Origin: Candidatus Dormiibacterota bacterium
GTDB lineage: Bacteria > Chloroflexota > Dormibacteria > Dormibacterales > Dormibacteraceae
DNA length: 43,167 bases
Direction of reading: 5' to 3'
Assembly: GCA_036512415.1 (NCBI GenBank)
Contig: DATCAV010000101.1
Location: 1 to 43,167 of the forward strand
Shown here: positions 25,168 through 33,640 of the stretch, in pieces
Layout: every line of letters starts with the position of its first letter
Numbering within the stretch: the stretch's first letter is position 1
The notes under the pieces: generated by a model
What the model saw: the letters and a program-made list of their open reading frames with translations, nothing else
What the model was told of the DNA's origin: nothing
Databases searched by the model: none
Position numbers and translations under genes: made by a program

Positions 25168-26426
25168 AGGGCCTGCTCGTCGCCCTTGGCCTGGCGGTGG
25201 TTTTGCTTGGGGCCGGCCCGATCGGAGCGGCCGCTGCGGCGCCTGGCACAGATCCAGCAGGCCAGAAGGCGGTGATCGACCAGATCAGGGCTCAGCTGGG
25301 CAGCAACCTGGCCGATGCGATGGCCGCCCAGCAGCAGCTCAAGCAGTCGCTCATCGACAACACGAACCAGCAACACGACGTCCAGGGCCAGATCGCCGAT
25401 GCCCAGCAGCAGATCAACGACCTCGATGTGGAGATCGCCGCGTCCCAGGTCCGCGAGGCAATGCTCGGCCTTCGAATCGACTCGGAACGCGGGCAGCTGC
25501 GCGAGCTGGCGAAGGCGATCTATACGGCGCCGACCTCGGTGCTCGTGATCCTTGGGCAGGCGCAGAGCCTGAGCGACCTGCTGACGCGCATCTCCGACCT
25601 GAACGTGGCCGGCTCGCGAGCCGCTGAGCTCAAGCAACAGCTCGCATCCGACCTCACGGACCAGCAGGCCGAGCGCACGCAGCAGCAGACGGATCGAGAA
25701 GCGCAGGTCGCCCTGCGGGACAAGCTCGCCTCCGAGCTGGCGCAGCTGCGCAAGCTGCACACACAGCAGGAGAAGTCGATGCGCCAGCTCCAGGCGAAGA
25801 TCGACGAGACCCGTTGGGAGATCGCAGTGCTCAGGTCCCAGTCGGCAAAGCTGGCGCAGGCGATGGCGGACATGCTGCAGCAGCAGCAGGACGCCATCAT
25901 CGCCGCGGCGATGCAATCGGTCTGGACTCAGGTCCAACTCTGGACTCAGTCGAATAGCGTCGACCAGATCCCCGCGAGCGCCGGGCACTCGACCAAGTAC
26001 CGCTTCATCTGGCCCGAGCCAAAGGCACTGATCTCCCAGGGCTTCGGCCCGAGCCACCTGGCGCTCGAGCCGCCATATGCCGGCTATCCGCACTTTCACA
26101 CCGGCATCGACCTGGTCGAGCCATTCGGGTCGCCGGTCATCGCCGCCGACGACGGGGTGGTCGCGCTGGTCGGCAGCTCGAGCCAGGGCTACGGAAGGTA
26201 TGTGGTCATCGCCCATTCCGGCGGCCTCGACACGCTGTACGGCCACCTGTCGACTGCCCTGGTCAAGGTCGGGCAACTGGTGGTCCAGGGCCAGACGATC
26301 GGGCTCGAGGGCTCGACCGGGAATTCAACCGGGCCGCACCTTCACTTCGAGCTGCGTATCAAGCAGCAGCCGATCGACCCGACTCCCTACCTGCCGCCTG
26401 GCGCGCCGTCAGCGTTCAACGCCTAA
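25164..26426 (+). CDS. Coiled-coil M23/LytM peptidase (EnvC-like partner of FtsEX) with intact catalytic motifs
   Basis: Signal/TM segment MKGLLVALGLAVVLLGAGP, a ~230-aa Gln/Leu-rich coiled coil, and a LytM domain with HFHTGIDL (HxxxD) and GSTGNSTGPHLHFE (HxH). GTGA overlap with ftsX. Confidence 0.85.
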   Translation: MKGLLVALGLAVVLLGAGPIGAAAAAPGTDPAGQKAVIDQIRAQLGSNLADAMAAQQQLKQSLIDNTNQQHDVQGQIADAQQQINDLDVEIAASQVREAMLGLRIDSERGQLRELAKAIYTAPTSVLVILGQAQSLSDLLTRISDLNVAGSRAAELKQQLASDLTDQQAERTQQQTDREAQVALRDKLASELAQLRKLHTQQEKSMRQLQAKIDETRWEIAVLRSQSAKLAQAMADMLQQQQDAIIAAAMQSVWTQVQLWTQSNSVDQIPASAGHSTKYRFIWPEPKALISQGFGPSHLALEPPYAGYPHFHTGIDLVEPFGSPVIAADDGVVALVGSSSQGYGRYVVIAHSGGLDTLYGHLSTALVKVGQLVVQGQTIGLEGSTGNSTGPHLHFELRIKQQPIDPTPYLPPGAPSAFNA

Positions 26427-26500
26427 CCAGGCCGGCGCACTGACCGGCCGGAAACCTGGCCGCGGCCACACGTGCCAGTACTGGGTGAGGACAGGCTCGC

Positions 26501-27376
26501 TCAGCCGGCCAGCACGCGAGCGACGCGAGCCGCGACCCGCGCGTTGTTGACAACAAGGTCGACGTTCAGCTCGAGGGATCGCCCGCCCGACAGCTCGGCC
26601 ACGCGCGCGAGAAGGCGAGGCGTTGCCTCGGGACCGACGACATCGGACACATCGCGGAGTGCACGCTGCACGATCTCCTCCGCACCCTCGAGCTCGCCGG
26701 GCGGCGGTATCGCGACCACCACGCCGCGCGAGCCCGTCGCCCAGGCCGCGCTCAACACAGCCGCCGTCTCTTCCGGTCCATCGACTCGCGTGTGGACAGG
26801 GCAGCCGCTGTGCCGGCTGTAAAAAGCAGGGAGCTCGTCGCAACCGTATCCGAGCACTGGAACCGAAAGGCTCTCCAGCCTCTCGAGCGTGTAGGAGAGG
26901 TCAAGGATGCTCTTGGCTCCGGCGCAGAAGACAGCAACGCTCGACCGCCCAAGCTCGACGAGGTCGGCCGATTGGTCCTCCGGGTGGCCGCGATGCACCC
27001 CGCCGATGCCCCCGGTCGCGAAGCAACGGATGCCGGCCATCTCCGCAGCGCGCATCGTTGCCGCGACGGTGGTGGCGCCGACCGCATTGCGCACCAGGGC
27101 GTGGCCGAGATCGCGAGAGCTCACCTTGACCGCTCCGTTCGCGATGCGCTCGACCTCGGCGTCGGTCAAGCCGACCACGATCTGGCCGTCCAGCACGCCG
27201 ATCGTCGCGGGCACCGTGCCTTCCTTTCTGATGGCCGACTCGCAGTCGCGCGCTGCTCGCAGGTTGTGAGGGGCGGGGAGCCCCTGTCCCACTATCGAAG
27301 TTTCGAGCGCGACCACGGGACGGCCGCGCGCAAGCGCGTCCGCCACCTCAGCCGAGATTCGCAACAGGTCGCTCAA
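26501..27376 (-). CDS. psuG: Pseudouridine-5'-phosphate glycosidase
   Basis: Near full-length resemblance to YeiN/PsuG: PVVALETSIV, VPATIGVLDG, VSSRDL, GATTVAATM, FATGGIGGVHRG, FCAGAKSILDL, PAFY, TPRLLARVAELSGGRSLELNVDLVVNNA. Confidence 0.9.
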   Translation of the reverse strand: MSDLLRISAEVADALARGRPVVALETSIVGQGLPAPHNLRAARDCESAIRKEGTVPATIGVLDGQIVVGLTDAEVERIANGAVKVSSRDLGHALVRNAVGATTVAATMRAAEMAGIRCFATGGIGGVHRGHPEDQSADLVELGRSSVAVFCAGAKSILDLSYTLERLESLSVPVLGYGCDELPAFYSRHSGCPVHTRVDGPEETAAVLSAAWATGSRGVVVAIPPPGELEGAEEIVQRALRDVSDVVGPEATPRLLARVAELSGGRSLELNVDLVVNNARVAARVARVLAG

Positions 27377-28212
27377 CTCGGCCGGGCCCCGGCCCTGGTC
27401 ACAGCGCCCGAGGCCACGACCACCGCTTTCTCGGCCGCCTCGACAGGAGTCGCGCCGTCGAGGTAGGCGACGCAGAATGCCGCGGCCAGGGCATCCCCGG
27501 CGCCGGACGCGTCCACCTCCTTCACCCGCGGCGAAGGAACGTGCTTGCCCGCAACGCGGCAGCCTTGGGCTCCCATCTTCAGCACCGGCACGGTCGCCAG
27601 GTCCTCCATGGGCACGCCCAGAGTTTCAGATTCGGCCGTGGTCCCGAACAGCACGTCAGGTTTCAGCTCGGCGAGGTCGGCGGCAAAACGCGCGGGGCCG
27701 TACTCCTTCAGACCCGCCACCGAGGACAGGTCGATCGACAGCAGCCCGCGGTTGCTCCGCACGAGCTCGATCGCCAGCCGCGCCGCCGCCGCCAATGGCT
27801 CTACGAACAGCGAGTAGGAAGGCACGTGGATCAGGTTGACGCCGCGGAACCACGGTTTCCGCAGGTCGTTGGGCTTGAGGCCCGCGCTGGCGCCGCGCTG
27901 GGTCGCCATCGTCCGCTCCCCGTTCGGGCCGACCAGGACCGCGATCATGCCGGTGGGTTCGGCGCCCGAGACGGCGAAGACCTCGACCCCCAGCGCCTCG
28001 ACCTCGCTCACGAGCCGCCGGCCGCGATCATCGTCGCCGACCCGGGTGACGAGCCGAACCGGCGAGCCGAGGGCCGCCACCCAGGAGCAATAGTTGGCAG
28101 CCTGCCCGCCGCCGCCTACTCGGATCACGGCAGGGTTGTCGTCATTGGGCCGCAGCCGTCCCGAAGGGACGATCGTGATGTCGAGGACGAGGTCGCCTAT
28201 GGACAGGATCAT
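27373..28212 (-). CDS. psuK: PfkB-family kinase, pseudouridine-kinase-like by context
   Basis: ILSIGDLVLD, GGGGQAANY, and C-terminal DASGAGDALAAAF. 4-nt overlap with psuG. The ORF-track start 28509 overlaps the E1 beta gene and is rejected. ATG 28212 lies 30 nt after that gene's stop. Substrate assignment is by synteny only. Confidence 0.7.
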   Translation of the reverse strand: MILSIGDLVLDITIVPSGRLRPNDDNPAVIRVGGGGQAANYCSWVAALGSPVRLVTRVGDDDRGRRLVSEVEALGVEVFAVSGAEPTGMIAVLVGPNGERTMATQRGASAGLKPNDLRKPWFRGVNLIHVPSYSLFVEPLAAAARLAIELVRSNRGLLSIDLSSVAGLKEYGPARFAADLAELKPDVLFGTTAESETLGVPMEDLATVPVLKMGAQGCRVAGKHVPSPRVKEVDASGAGDALAAAFCVAYLDGATPVEAAEKAVVVASGAVTRAGARPS

Positions 28213-28241
28213 CGGTGCCCCCGAGGATAGCCGCGTCTCGC

Positions 28242-29216
28242 TTAGCGCATTGCTCGCTTCACGGTCTCGACGATTCGTGCCACGGTCGGCATCGCCCCAT
28301 CCTCCATCGGCTGCGCCGCCGGCAAGGGGACGTGCGGCGTCGTGATTCGGACGATGGGTCCATCGAGATCGTCGAAGCACTCTTCGGCGGCGATCGACAC
28401 AATCTCCGCACCCCACCCGCACAGCCGGGGGTTCTCCTCGACCGTGAACAGGCGTCCTGTTTTGCTCACCTCGCCGAGGATCGTGCGCGTGTCGAGTGGA
28501 ACCAGACACCTGACATCGACCACGGTCGCGTGGATGCCGGCACGCTCGAGCTCGGCTGCCGCGGCCAACGCCCTCGGCACCATGGCGGCAAGGGCCACGA
28601 TCGTGCAGTCCTTACCGTCGCGAAGGACCCTGGCGGTGCCCAGTGAATCGACATGCTCTCCATCGGGGACCTCGCCCTTGATGCCGTATAGCGACTTCTG
28701 CTCGAAGAAGAGGACCGGGTCCGGGTCGCGGATGGCTGCCGCCAGCAGGCCTTTGGCATCGGCGGGTGTGGACGGTGCGACAACCTTCAGGCCCGGCACC
28801 GCCATCGCCCAGTTCTCCAGGCTCTGAGAGTGCTGCGCGCCGAAGCGCGACCCGCCACCGTTGGCGGTCCGGATCACCAGTGGCAGCGACACCTGTCCGT
28901 CGGTCATGTACCTGGTCTTGGCCACCTGGTTCGCGATCATGTCCCAGCACGTCGCGAGGAAGTCCGAGAACATGATCTCGACGACCGGCCTTAGCCCAGT
29001 CATCGCGGCGCCCATCGCCGCCCCGACTATCGCTTGCTCCGAGATCGGCGTATCGCGAACGCGCTCGGTTCCGAATTTGTCGAGCAATCCGACGGTGGCC
29101 TTGAAGACGCCACCGGCCGCGGCCACGTCTTCACCGATGAAGTAAACGGTTGGGTCGCGCTCCATCTCTTGCGCGATGCCCGCGGCCACCGCTTCGCGAA
29201 ATGTCAGTTCCGCCAC
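28242..29216 (-). CDS. 2-oxoacid (pyruvate/acetoin-type) dehydrogenase E1 component, beta subunit
   Basis: FIGEDVA..GGVFK.T.GL, RVRDTPISEQAIVGAAMGAAMTGLRPVVEIMF, GAQHSQSLE, and the transketolase C-terminal-like domain. Confidence 0.9.
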   Translation of the reverse strand: MAELTFREAVAAGIAQEMERDPTVYFIGEDVAAAGGVFKATVGLLDKFGTERVRDTPISEQAIVGAAMGAAMTGLRPVVEIMFSDFLATCWDMIANQVAKTRYMTDGQVSLPLVIRTANGGGSRFGAQHSQSLENWAMAVPGLKVVAPSTPADAKGLLAAAIRDPDPVLFFEQKSLYGIKGEVPDGEHVDSLGTARVLRDGKDCTIVALAAMVPRALAAAAELERAGIHATVVDVRCLVPLDTRTILGEVSKTGRLFTVEENPRLCGWGAEIVSIAAEECFDDLDGPIVRITTPHVPLPAAQPMEDGAMPTVARIVETVKRAMR

Positions 29217-30223
29217 GCCGAGCCTCCATCGCTCCAGACCTGGCTCTCGATGTCCTCGATGCGGGCGTGCGGCGCATTGCGCGCCTCTTCAGTTGCGAGG
29301 TCGACCTTTTGGCGGGCCTCCTGTTCGATCTTGGACAGCATCGCTTCGTCAATTCCGGTGGAGGCGAGGCGCTCGCGGTACTGCTTGATGGGATCGCGGC
29401 TCATCCATTCGCGCACCTCTTCCTTGGGCCGGTAGGAGGCCGGATCGCCACGCGAATGGCCACCGTGGCGGTACGTGAGCGCTTCCACCAGCGACGGCCC
29501 TTCACCAGAGCGAGCCCTGGCGATGGTGCGGGAGGCGGTTTCGTACATGACATCGGCGTCGTTCCCGTCGACCAGGATTGCCTCCAGGCCGTAGGCCGCT
29601 GCGCGGTCCGCGGCAGGGTGCGCCACAGCAGTCACCGATTCGATTGGCGTGTACTCCATGTACCTGTTGTTCTCGCAGACGAAAACGACGGGTAGCTTCC
29701 AGACCACGGCCAGGTTGAGCGCCTCGTGGAAGGCTCCGATGTTGGTGGTCCCGTCACCGAAGAAGCACACGGCGACCTGGCCCGACTTGCGCACCTGCGC
29801 CGACCAGGCAGCGCCGGCAGCGATGGGCAGATGGGCGCCGACGATGGCGTATGAACCCATGGCGCCGTGGGTGACGTCGGTCAGGTGCATCGAACCGCCT
29901 TTGCCATGGAGCATGCCGTTGGCACGGCCGAGCAGCTCGCCCATCGCTGCCGCCATCGAAGCGCCGCGCGCCAGCGTGTGCCCGTGACCGCGATACGTGC
30001 AGAACGTGTAGTCGTCCTTGCGCATCGCGACTGCAAAGCCGGCGGCGATCGCCTCCTGGCCGAGGGCGAGGTGGCTCGTGCCCTTGATCAGGTTCTCCAT
30101 GAAGAGGTCGTAAGCGCGCTGCTCGAAATCTCGGAGCTCGACCATGAGCTGGTAAAGCCGGAGTCGGGTCTTGTCATCGATTTGACCCACGTCAGCAGAT
30201 GCCTTGGTCGCGCGGGCTTTCAA
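29204..30223 (-). CDS. Thiamine-diphosphate-dependent 2-oxoacid dehydrogenase E1 component, alpha subunit
   Basis: GTSHLALGQEAIA, TPP-binding GDGTTNIGAFHEALNLA...VCENNRY, and the loop YRHGGHSRGDPASYR. 13-nt overlap with the beta subunit. Confidence 0.9.
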   Translation of the reverse strand: MKARATKASADVGQIDDKTRLRLYQLMVELRDFEQRAYDLFMENLIKGTSHLALGQEAIAAGFAVAMRKDDYTFCTYRGHGHTLARGASMAAAMGELLGRANGMLHGKGGSMHLTDVTHGAMGSYAIVGAHLPIAAGAAWSAQVRKSGQVAVCFFGDGTTNIGAFHEALNLAVVWKLPVVFVCENNRYMEYTPIESVTAVAHPAADRAAAYGLEAILVDGNDADVMYETASRTIARARSGEGPSLVEALTYRHGGHSRGDPASYRPKEEVREWMSRDPIKQYRERLASTGIDEAMLSKIEQEARQKVDLATEEARNAPHARIEDIESQVWSDGGSAWRN

Positions 30224-31476
30224 TATTTGTTCGCGATCATCAGCTCTTCCGCAGGAAAGAGAGTGATCACCTCATGCCCGGTGGCCGTCACCACGAGCTC
30301 CTCTTCGATCCGCGCCGCGGAGTGCCCGTCGTCGGCAGGGCAGTACGTCTCCAGCGCGAAGACCATGCCCTCCTTGATCTCCACCGGGTCCTTGAGCGAG
30401 TTGAGCCGGCTGATAATCGGGCGCTCGTGCAGCGCCACCCCGAGCCCGTGTCCAAACTGGAGCGCGAACGCCTCCATCTCACTGTCGAACCCGAACTCCT
30501 GCGCCTTCGGCCAAACCTTGGCGATCTGGTCCGTGCTCACGCCAGGCTTCACCAGCTCGATGGAAGCGTCGATCCACTCGCGCGCCTGCTTGTAAGCGTC
30601 GCGCTGGCTCTGCGTCGCGCGCCCCACGTTGAACGTCCTGTAGTAGCAGGTGCGATAGCCGTTGAACGACTGGATGATGTCGAAGAAGGCCTGGTCCCCC
30701 GGACGGATAAGCCGGTCGGAAAAGACATGCGGGTGGGGATAGCCTCGCTCGCCTGAGACTGCGTTGATGGCCTCGACGTCATCCGAGCCCATGTCGTAGA
30801 GCTGCTTGTTGGCGATCGCCACGAGCTCGTTCTCTCGGATCCCGGGCTTGAGGGCCTCGAAGATCGTCTGATAGACGCCATCCACCATCGCCGCGGCCAT
30901 GCTCAGCAGGGTGATCTCGTCCTTTGACTTGATCTGGCGCGCATCCAGCATCGCCTGCTGGCCGTCCACCACCTTGATGCCGCATTTCTGCAGCGCGAAG
31001 ATCATCGGCAGCTCGGCGATGTCGACGCCCAGCGGCTCGCCGGCGACACCCTGCTCCTGCATGATCTCCTTCACGGTTCGCGCCAGGTCGTCTGACAAAC
31101 CGGCCTCTGGAGCGACCGAGCCTCGCAGGCCTGTCATCCCTGCGCGGGAGTTTTCCGGTCGCAGCCAGGGCGCGTGCAGCCGGTGAACCTTTGCGGCGGA
31201 TCCGAAATCCCACAGTATTGGCTCGCCTTTGGGCGTGAGCAATGCGAAGCGCGCCACCTTGTCGCGCGCCCATTCGCCGATATGCGTGCTGGTGATGTAG
31301 CGGATGTTGTTCATGTCGAACACCAGCACCGCTCCAAGCCCGGCGTTCGCAATCGCATCGCGGGTGCGCTTCAACCGGTACTCGTGAAGACGGCGGAAAT
31401 CGACGCGCTCTTCCCAGTCGACATTCATCCGACCCGGTGCCGGTAGCGAAGCGACGGGAAACTCAGCTTTTGACAT
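30220..31476 (-). CDS. M24-family (creatinase/prolidase-fold) hydrolase with a variant metal site
   Basis: Creatinase_N-like VLVFDMNNIRYITS. Pita-bread domain GDQAFFDIIQSFNGYRTCYYRTF, GHGLGVALHERP, FALETY, ARIEEELVVT. ATG 31476 has AAGGGTGG 5 nt upstream. The ORF maximum at 31509 overlaps the upstream gene further. Confidence 0.8.
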   Translation of the reverse strand: MSKAEFPVASLPAPGRMNVDWEERVDFRRLHEYRLKRTRDAIANAGLGAVLVFDMNNIRYITSTHIGEWARDKVARFALLTPKGEPILWDFGSAAKVHRLHAPWLRPENSRAGMTGLRGSVAPEAGLSDDLARTVKEIMQEQGVAGEPLGVDIAELPMIFALQKCGIKVVDGQQAMLDARQIKSKDEITLLSMAAAMVDGVYQTIFEALKPGIRENELVAIANKQLYDMGSDDVEAINAVSGERGYPHPHVFSDRLIRPGDQAFFDIIQSFNGYRTCYYRTFNVGRATQSQRDAYKQAREWIDASIELVKPGVSTDQIAKVWPKAQEFGFDSEMEAFALQFGHGLGVALHERPIISRLNSLKDPVEIKEGMVFALETYCPADDGHSAARIEEELVVTATGHEVITLFPAEELMIANKY

Positions 31477-32425
31477 TTTTGCCACCCTTACCCTTGTCTT
31501 CCAACCCATCGGAGACCTTTCGGTTCTCAGGCACCAGCTTGAGGTCGGCGCCCCAGGCTTCCATCTGGAGCAGAGCTGCGAAATCCGCGTCGCCCAACTC
31601 GAAGCCGATCATGTTGGTGACGATCTGATGCACGAGTGCCGCCACCGGCATCGGGACGTCAAGCTTGCGGGCGGCCTCGAGGCCGAGCTCGAAGTCCTTG
31701 CGCAACAGCTTGCCCGTGAAGGTTGGCGTGAAATCGAGGTTGACGAATGCCGGCGTCTTGTATCGCGTGAACGTTGAACCCATCACGCTGCCATTCAGGA
31801 AGTCGAGGTAGTCGGCGCGGGCGATCCCGCCTCGCTCGGCGAGCACGGTCGTCTCGGCCATGATCTGCGTGACCACACCGAGCACGAGGTTGTGACAGAT
31901 CTTGACCAGGCGAGCTAGCTCGCCTTCGCCGACATAGCTGACATTCCCCCCGAGCATCTGGAGGTAGGGGAGGGACAGCTCGAATGCTTTGCGCGGGCCG
32001 GAGACCGCGATGCTCAAGCGCCCTGCGCGCACCACCTTTGGATTGCCGCTGACAGGAGTCGCGAGGAGGGCGCTGCCAACTTCTTCCGCCTTCGCGCGGA
32101 CCTTCTGCGAGACATCCATGGAAACCGTCGAGGAGTCGATGATCACAGCAGGAACGGGACCACCGTTTGACAGCACACCGTGGGGCCCTGTCGTCACCTC
32201 CGCGAAGTCCTGCGAGCCCGCCACCGAGGTGAAGACGATGTCGCGGTCGGCGAGGTCGGCGGGGCGGTCGACAAGCTTGGCGCCGAGCTTGACGAGCGGC
32301 TCTGCTTTGGCCCTCGTCCGGTTGTAAACGGCCACATCACAACCGCGTTCGAGGAGCCTGGTCACCAGGGCGTACCCCATCCGGCCGGTGCCGATCCAAC
32401 CGAGCCTGTGTTTCGAGGACTTCAT
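31463..32425 (-). CDS. NAD(P)-dependent oxidoreductase of the 3-hydroxyisobutyrate/6-phosphogluconate dehydrogenase (HIBADH) family
   Basis: Rossmann motif LGWIGTGRMGYALVTRLLERGCDVAVYNRT and the family core DSSTVS...PVSG. ATG 32425 is preferred over the upstream TTG 32452. Confidence 0.85.
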   Translation of the reverse strand: MKSSKHRLGWIGTGRMGYALVTRLLERGCDVAVYNRTRAKAEPLVKLGAKLVDRPADLADRDIVFTSVAGSQDFAEVTTGPHGVLSNGGPVPAVIIDSSTVSMDVSQKVRAKAEEVGSALLATPVSGNPKVVRAGRLSIAVSGPRKAFELSLPYLQMLGGNVSYVGEGELARLVKICHNLVLGVVTQIMAETTVLAERGGIARADYLDFLNGSVMGSTFTRYKTPAFVNLDFTPTFTGKLLRKDFELGLEAARKLDVPMPVAALVHQIVTNMIGFELGDADFAALLQMEAWGADLKLVPENRKVSDGLEDKGKGGKNVKS

Positions 32426-32471
32426 GGTTTTGGACACTGCCTCCCGACTCAAATCAATGCGTCAGGGTGAC

Positions 32472-32487
32472 GCGCAAACGTTTGTCT
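32472..32487. promoter_or_regulatory. Candidate LacI-family operator (box 1), PurR/RbsR-like core
   Basis: GCGCAAACGTTTGTCT contains the perfect 10-bp palindrome CAAACGTTTG with a central CG. It lies between the LacI-family gene stop (32522) and the next gene start, immediately after a -10-like TATGGT on the minus strand (32493-32488). Confidence 0.45.
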
Positions 32488-32521
32488 ACCATACCAGCCC
32501 ATTTTTCGCTCAAACCTCTAC

Positions 32522-33577
32522 CTACTCCACCGGACTTCGCTGCGCCGGGCGTCCGACCAGCTGCTCATCGGCGCCGGCCACGCTCGACCCCCGCACCACC
32601 AGCTGCGGCGCGAACACCACCCGCCTCGGCGTCAGCACTCCCGTCTCGATCTGCTCGAGCAGCATGCGTGCCGCCACGCTTCCGAACTCGTGAATCGGCA
32701 CGTGGACCGTCGTCAAGCCGGGGATCAGCCGGCCTGCGAGGGGGATGTCGTTATACCCGACGATCGCGAGATCCTCCGGGATGCGCAGGCCCCTCTTGCG
32801 CGCCACTCCGTAGGCGCCGATTGCGGTCATGTCGGTCACCGCATAGATCGCGGTCGGGGGTTGGCTCAGCGACAGCAGGCGTTCCATGGCCTGGGCCCCG
32901 CCCTCCTCGACAAAGCCTGACTCGACGAGCAGGTCAGGGTCGGCAGGAATCCCTGCCTCCGCCAGGGCGGCGTGATAGCCCTTGCGGCGAAGCACGCCTG
33001 TGCTGACCGTCGGCTGGCCGGCCAGGTGGCCGATTCGAACGTGGCCGAGGCCGATCAGGTGCTGTGTGGCGAGGGTGGCGCCCATCACGTCATCGGAGCC
33101 GACGAACGGGTCGACGCCTTCCTCGCTGAACCGGTTGACGAGCACGTAAGGGGTGCGCTGGTGGCGGAGCCAACGCACGGCTGGGTCCTTCAGAAACGTG
33201 CTTGCCAGGATCACGCCGTCCACCCGACGGGCGGCGAGGCTGTGCAGGTGAGCACGCTGGCGCTCGGGGATTCCGTCGGTGTTGCAGAGCAGCACCTGGT
33301 AGCCACGCGGCGTCGCGCCGTCCTCGATGCCGCGGAACAGGGCTCCGAAGAGTGGGTTCGTGATGTCGGGGATGACCACAGCCAGCACCAATGTCTGGCG
33401 CAGCTTCAGTCCGCGGGCGACACCGTTGGGTCGATACTCGGTCTCACGAAGAAGGGCTTCGATTCGAGTCCGAGTCGTCGCTGCGATACGCAATCCGGGG
33501 TCGCTGTTGGCGACGCGCGACACTGTCGAAGGGTGCACGTTGGCCCGGGCCGCGAGCTCTTTCAGCGTTACAGGCAT
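32522..33577 (-). CDS. LacI-family transcriptional regulator
   Basis: N-terminal HTH VTLKELAARANVHPSTVSRVAN followed by a periplasmic-binding-protein-like sugar-binding fold, 351 aa. Confidence 0.9.
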   Translation of the reverse strand: MPVTLKELAARANVHPSTVSRVANSDPGLRIAATTRTRIEALLRETEYRPNGVARGLKLRQTLVLAVVIPDITNPLFGALFRGIEDGATPRGYQVLLCNTDGIPERQRAHLHSLAARRVDGVILASTFLKDPAVRWLRHQRTPYVLVNRFSEEGVDPFVGSDDVMGATLATQHLIGLGHVRIGHLAGQPTVSTGVLRRKGYHAALAEAGIPADPDLLVESGFVEEGGAQAMERLLSLSQPPTAIYAVTDMTAIGAYGVARKRGLRIPEDLAIVGYNDIPLAGRLIPGLTTVHVPIHEFGSVAARMLLEQIETGVLTPRRVVFAPQLVVRGSSVAGADEQLVGRPAQRSPVE

Positions 33578-33593
33578 GGCTCGCAGCGTTGCA

Positions 33594-33623
33594 TTGACAT
33601 TTCGTTTCGCCCGTGCCTAACAT
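33594..33623 (+). promoter_or_regulatory. Candidate sigma-70-type promoter of the Liv-type ABC operon
   Basis: TTGACA (33594-33599), an 18-nt spacer, then TAACAT (33618-33623), with box 2 starting 3 nt downstream. On the opposite strand TTGCGG-17 nt-TATGTT could serve the LacI gene, with box 2 inside its spacer. Confidence 0.3.
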
Positions 33624-33626
33624 AGA

Positions 33627-33640
33627 GCAATCGTTTGTTC
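33627..33640. promoter_or_regulatory. Candidate LacI-family operator (box 2)
   Basis: GCAATCGTTTGTTC matches box 1 (GCAAACGTTTGTCT) at 12 of 14 positions. The promoter-operator strings TAACATAGAGCAATCGTTTGTTC (plus strand) and TATGGTAGACAAACGTTTGCGC (minus strand at box 1) align over their whole length. Confidence 0.4.

Noticed and set aside
25300-25900. CAG/CTG-rich, seemingly repetitive DNA in the M23 gene
   Set aside because: It reflects the Gln/Leu/Ala-rich coiled-coil coding sequence. There are no regular direct repeats or spacers, so it is neither a CRISPR array nor a tandem repeat.
28242-30223. Complete pyruvate/acetoin dehydrogenase complex
   Set aside because: Only the E1 alpha and beta subunits are present. 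No lipoyl-domain E2 or FAD E3 ORF exists in the window, so I call only the E1 components.
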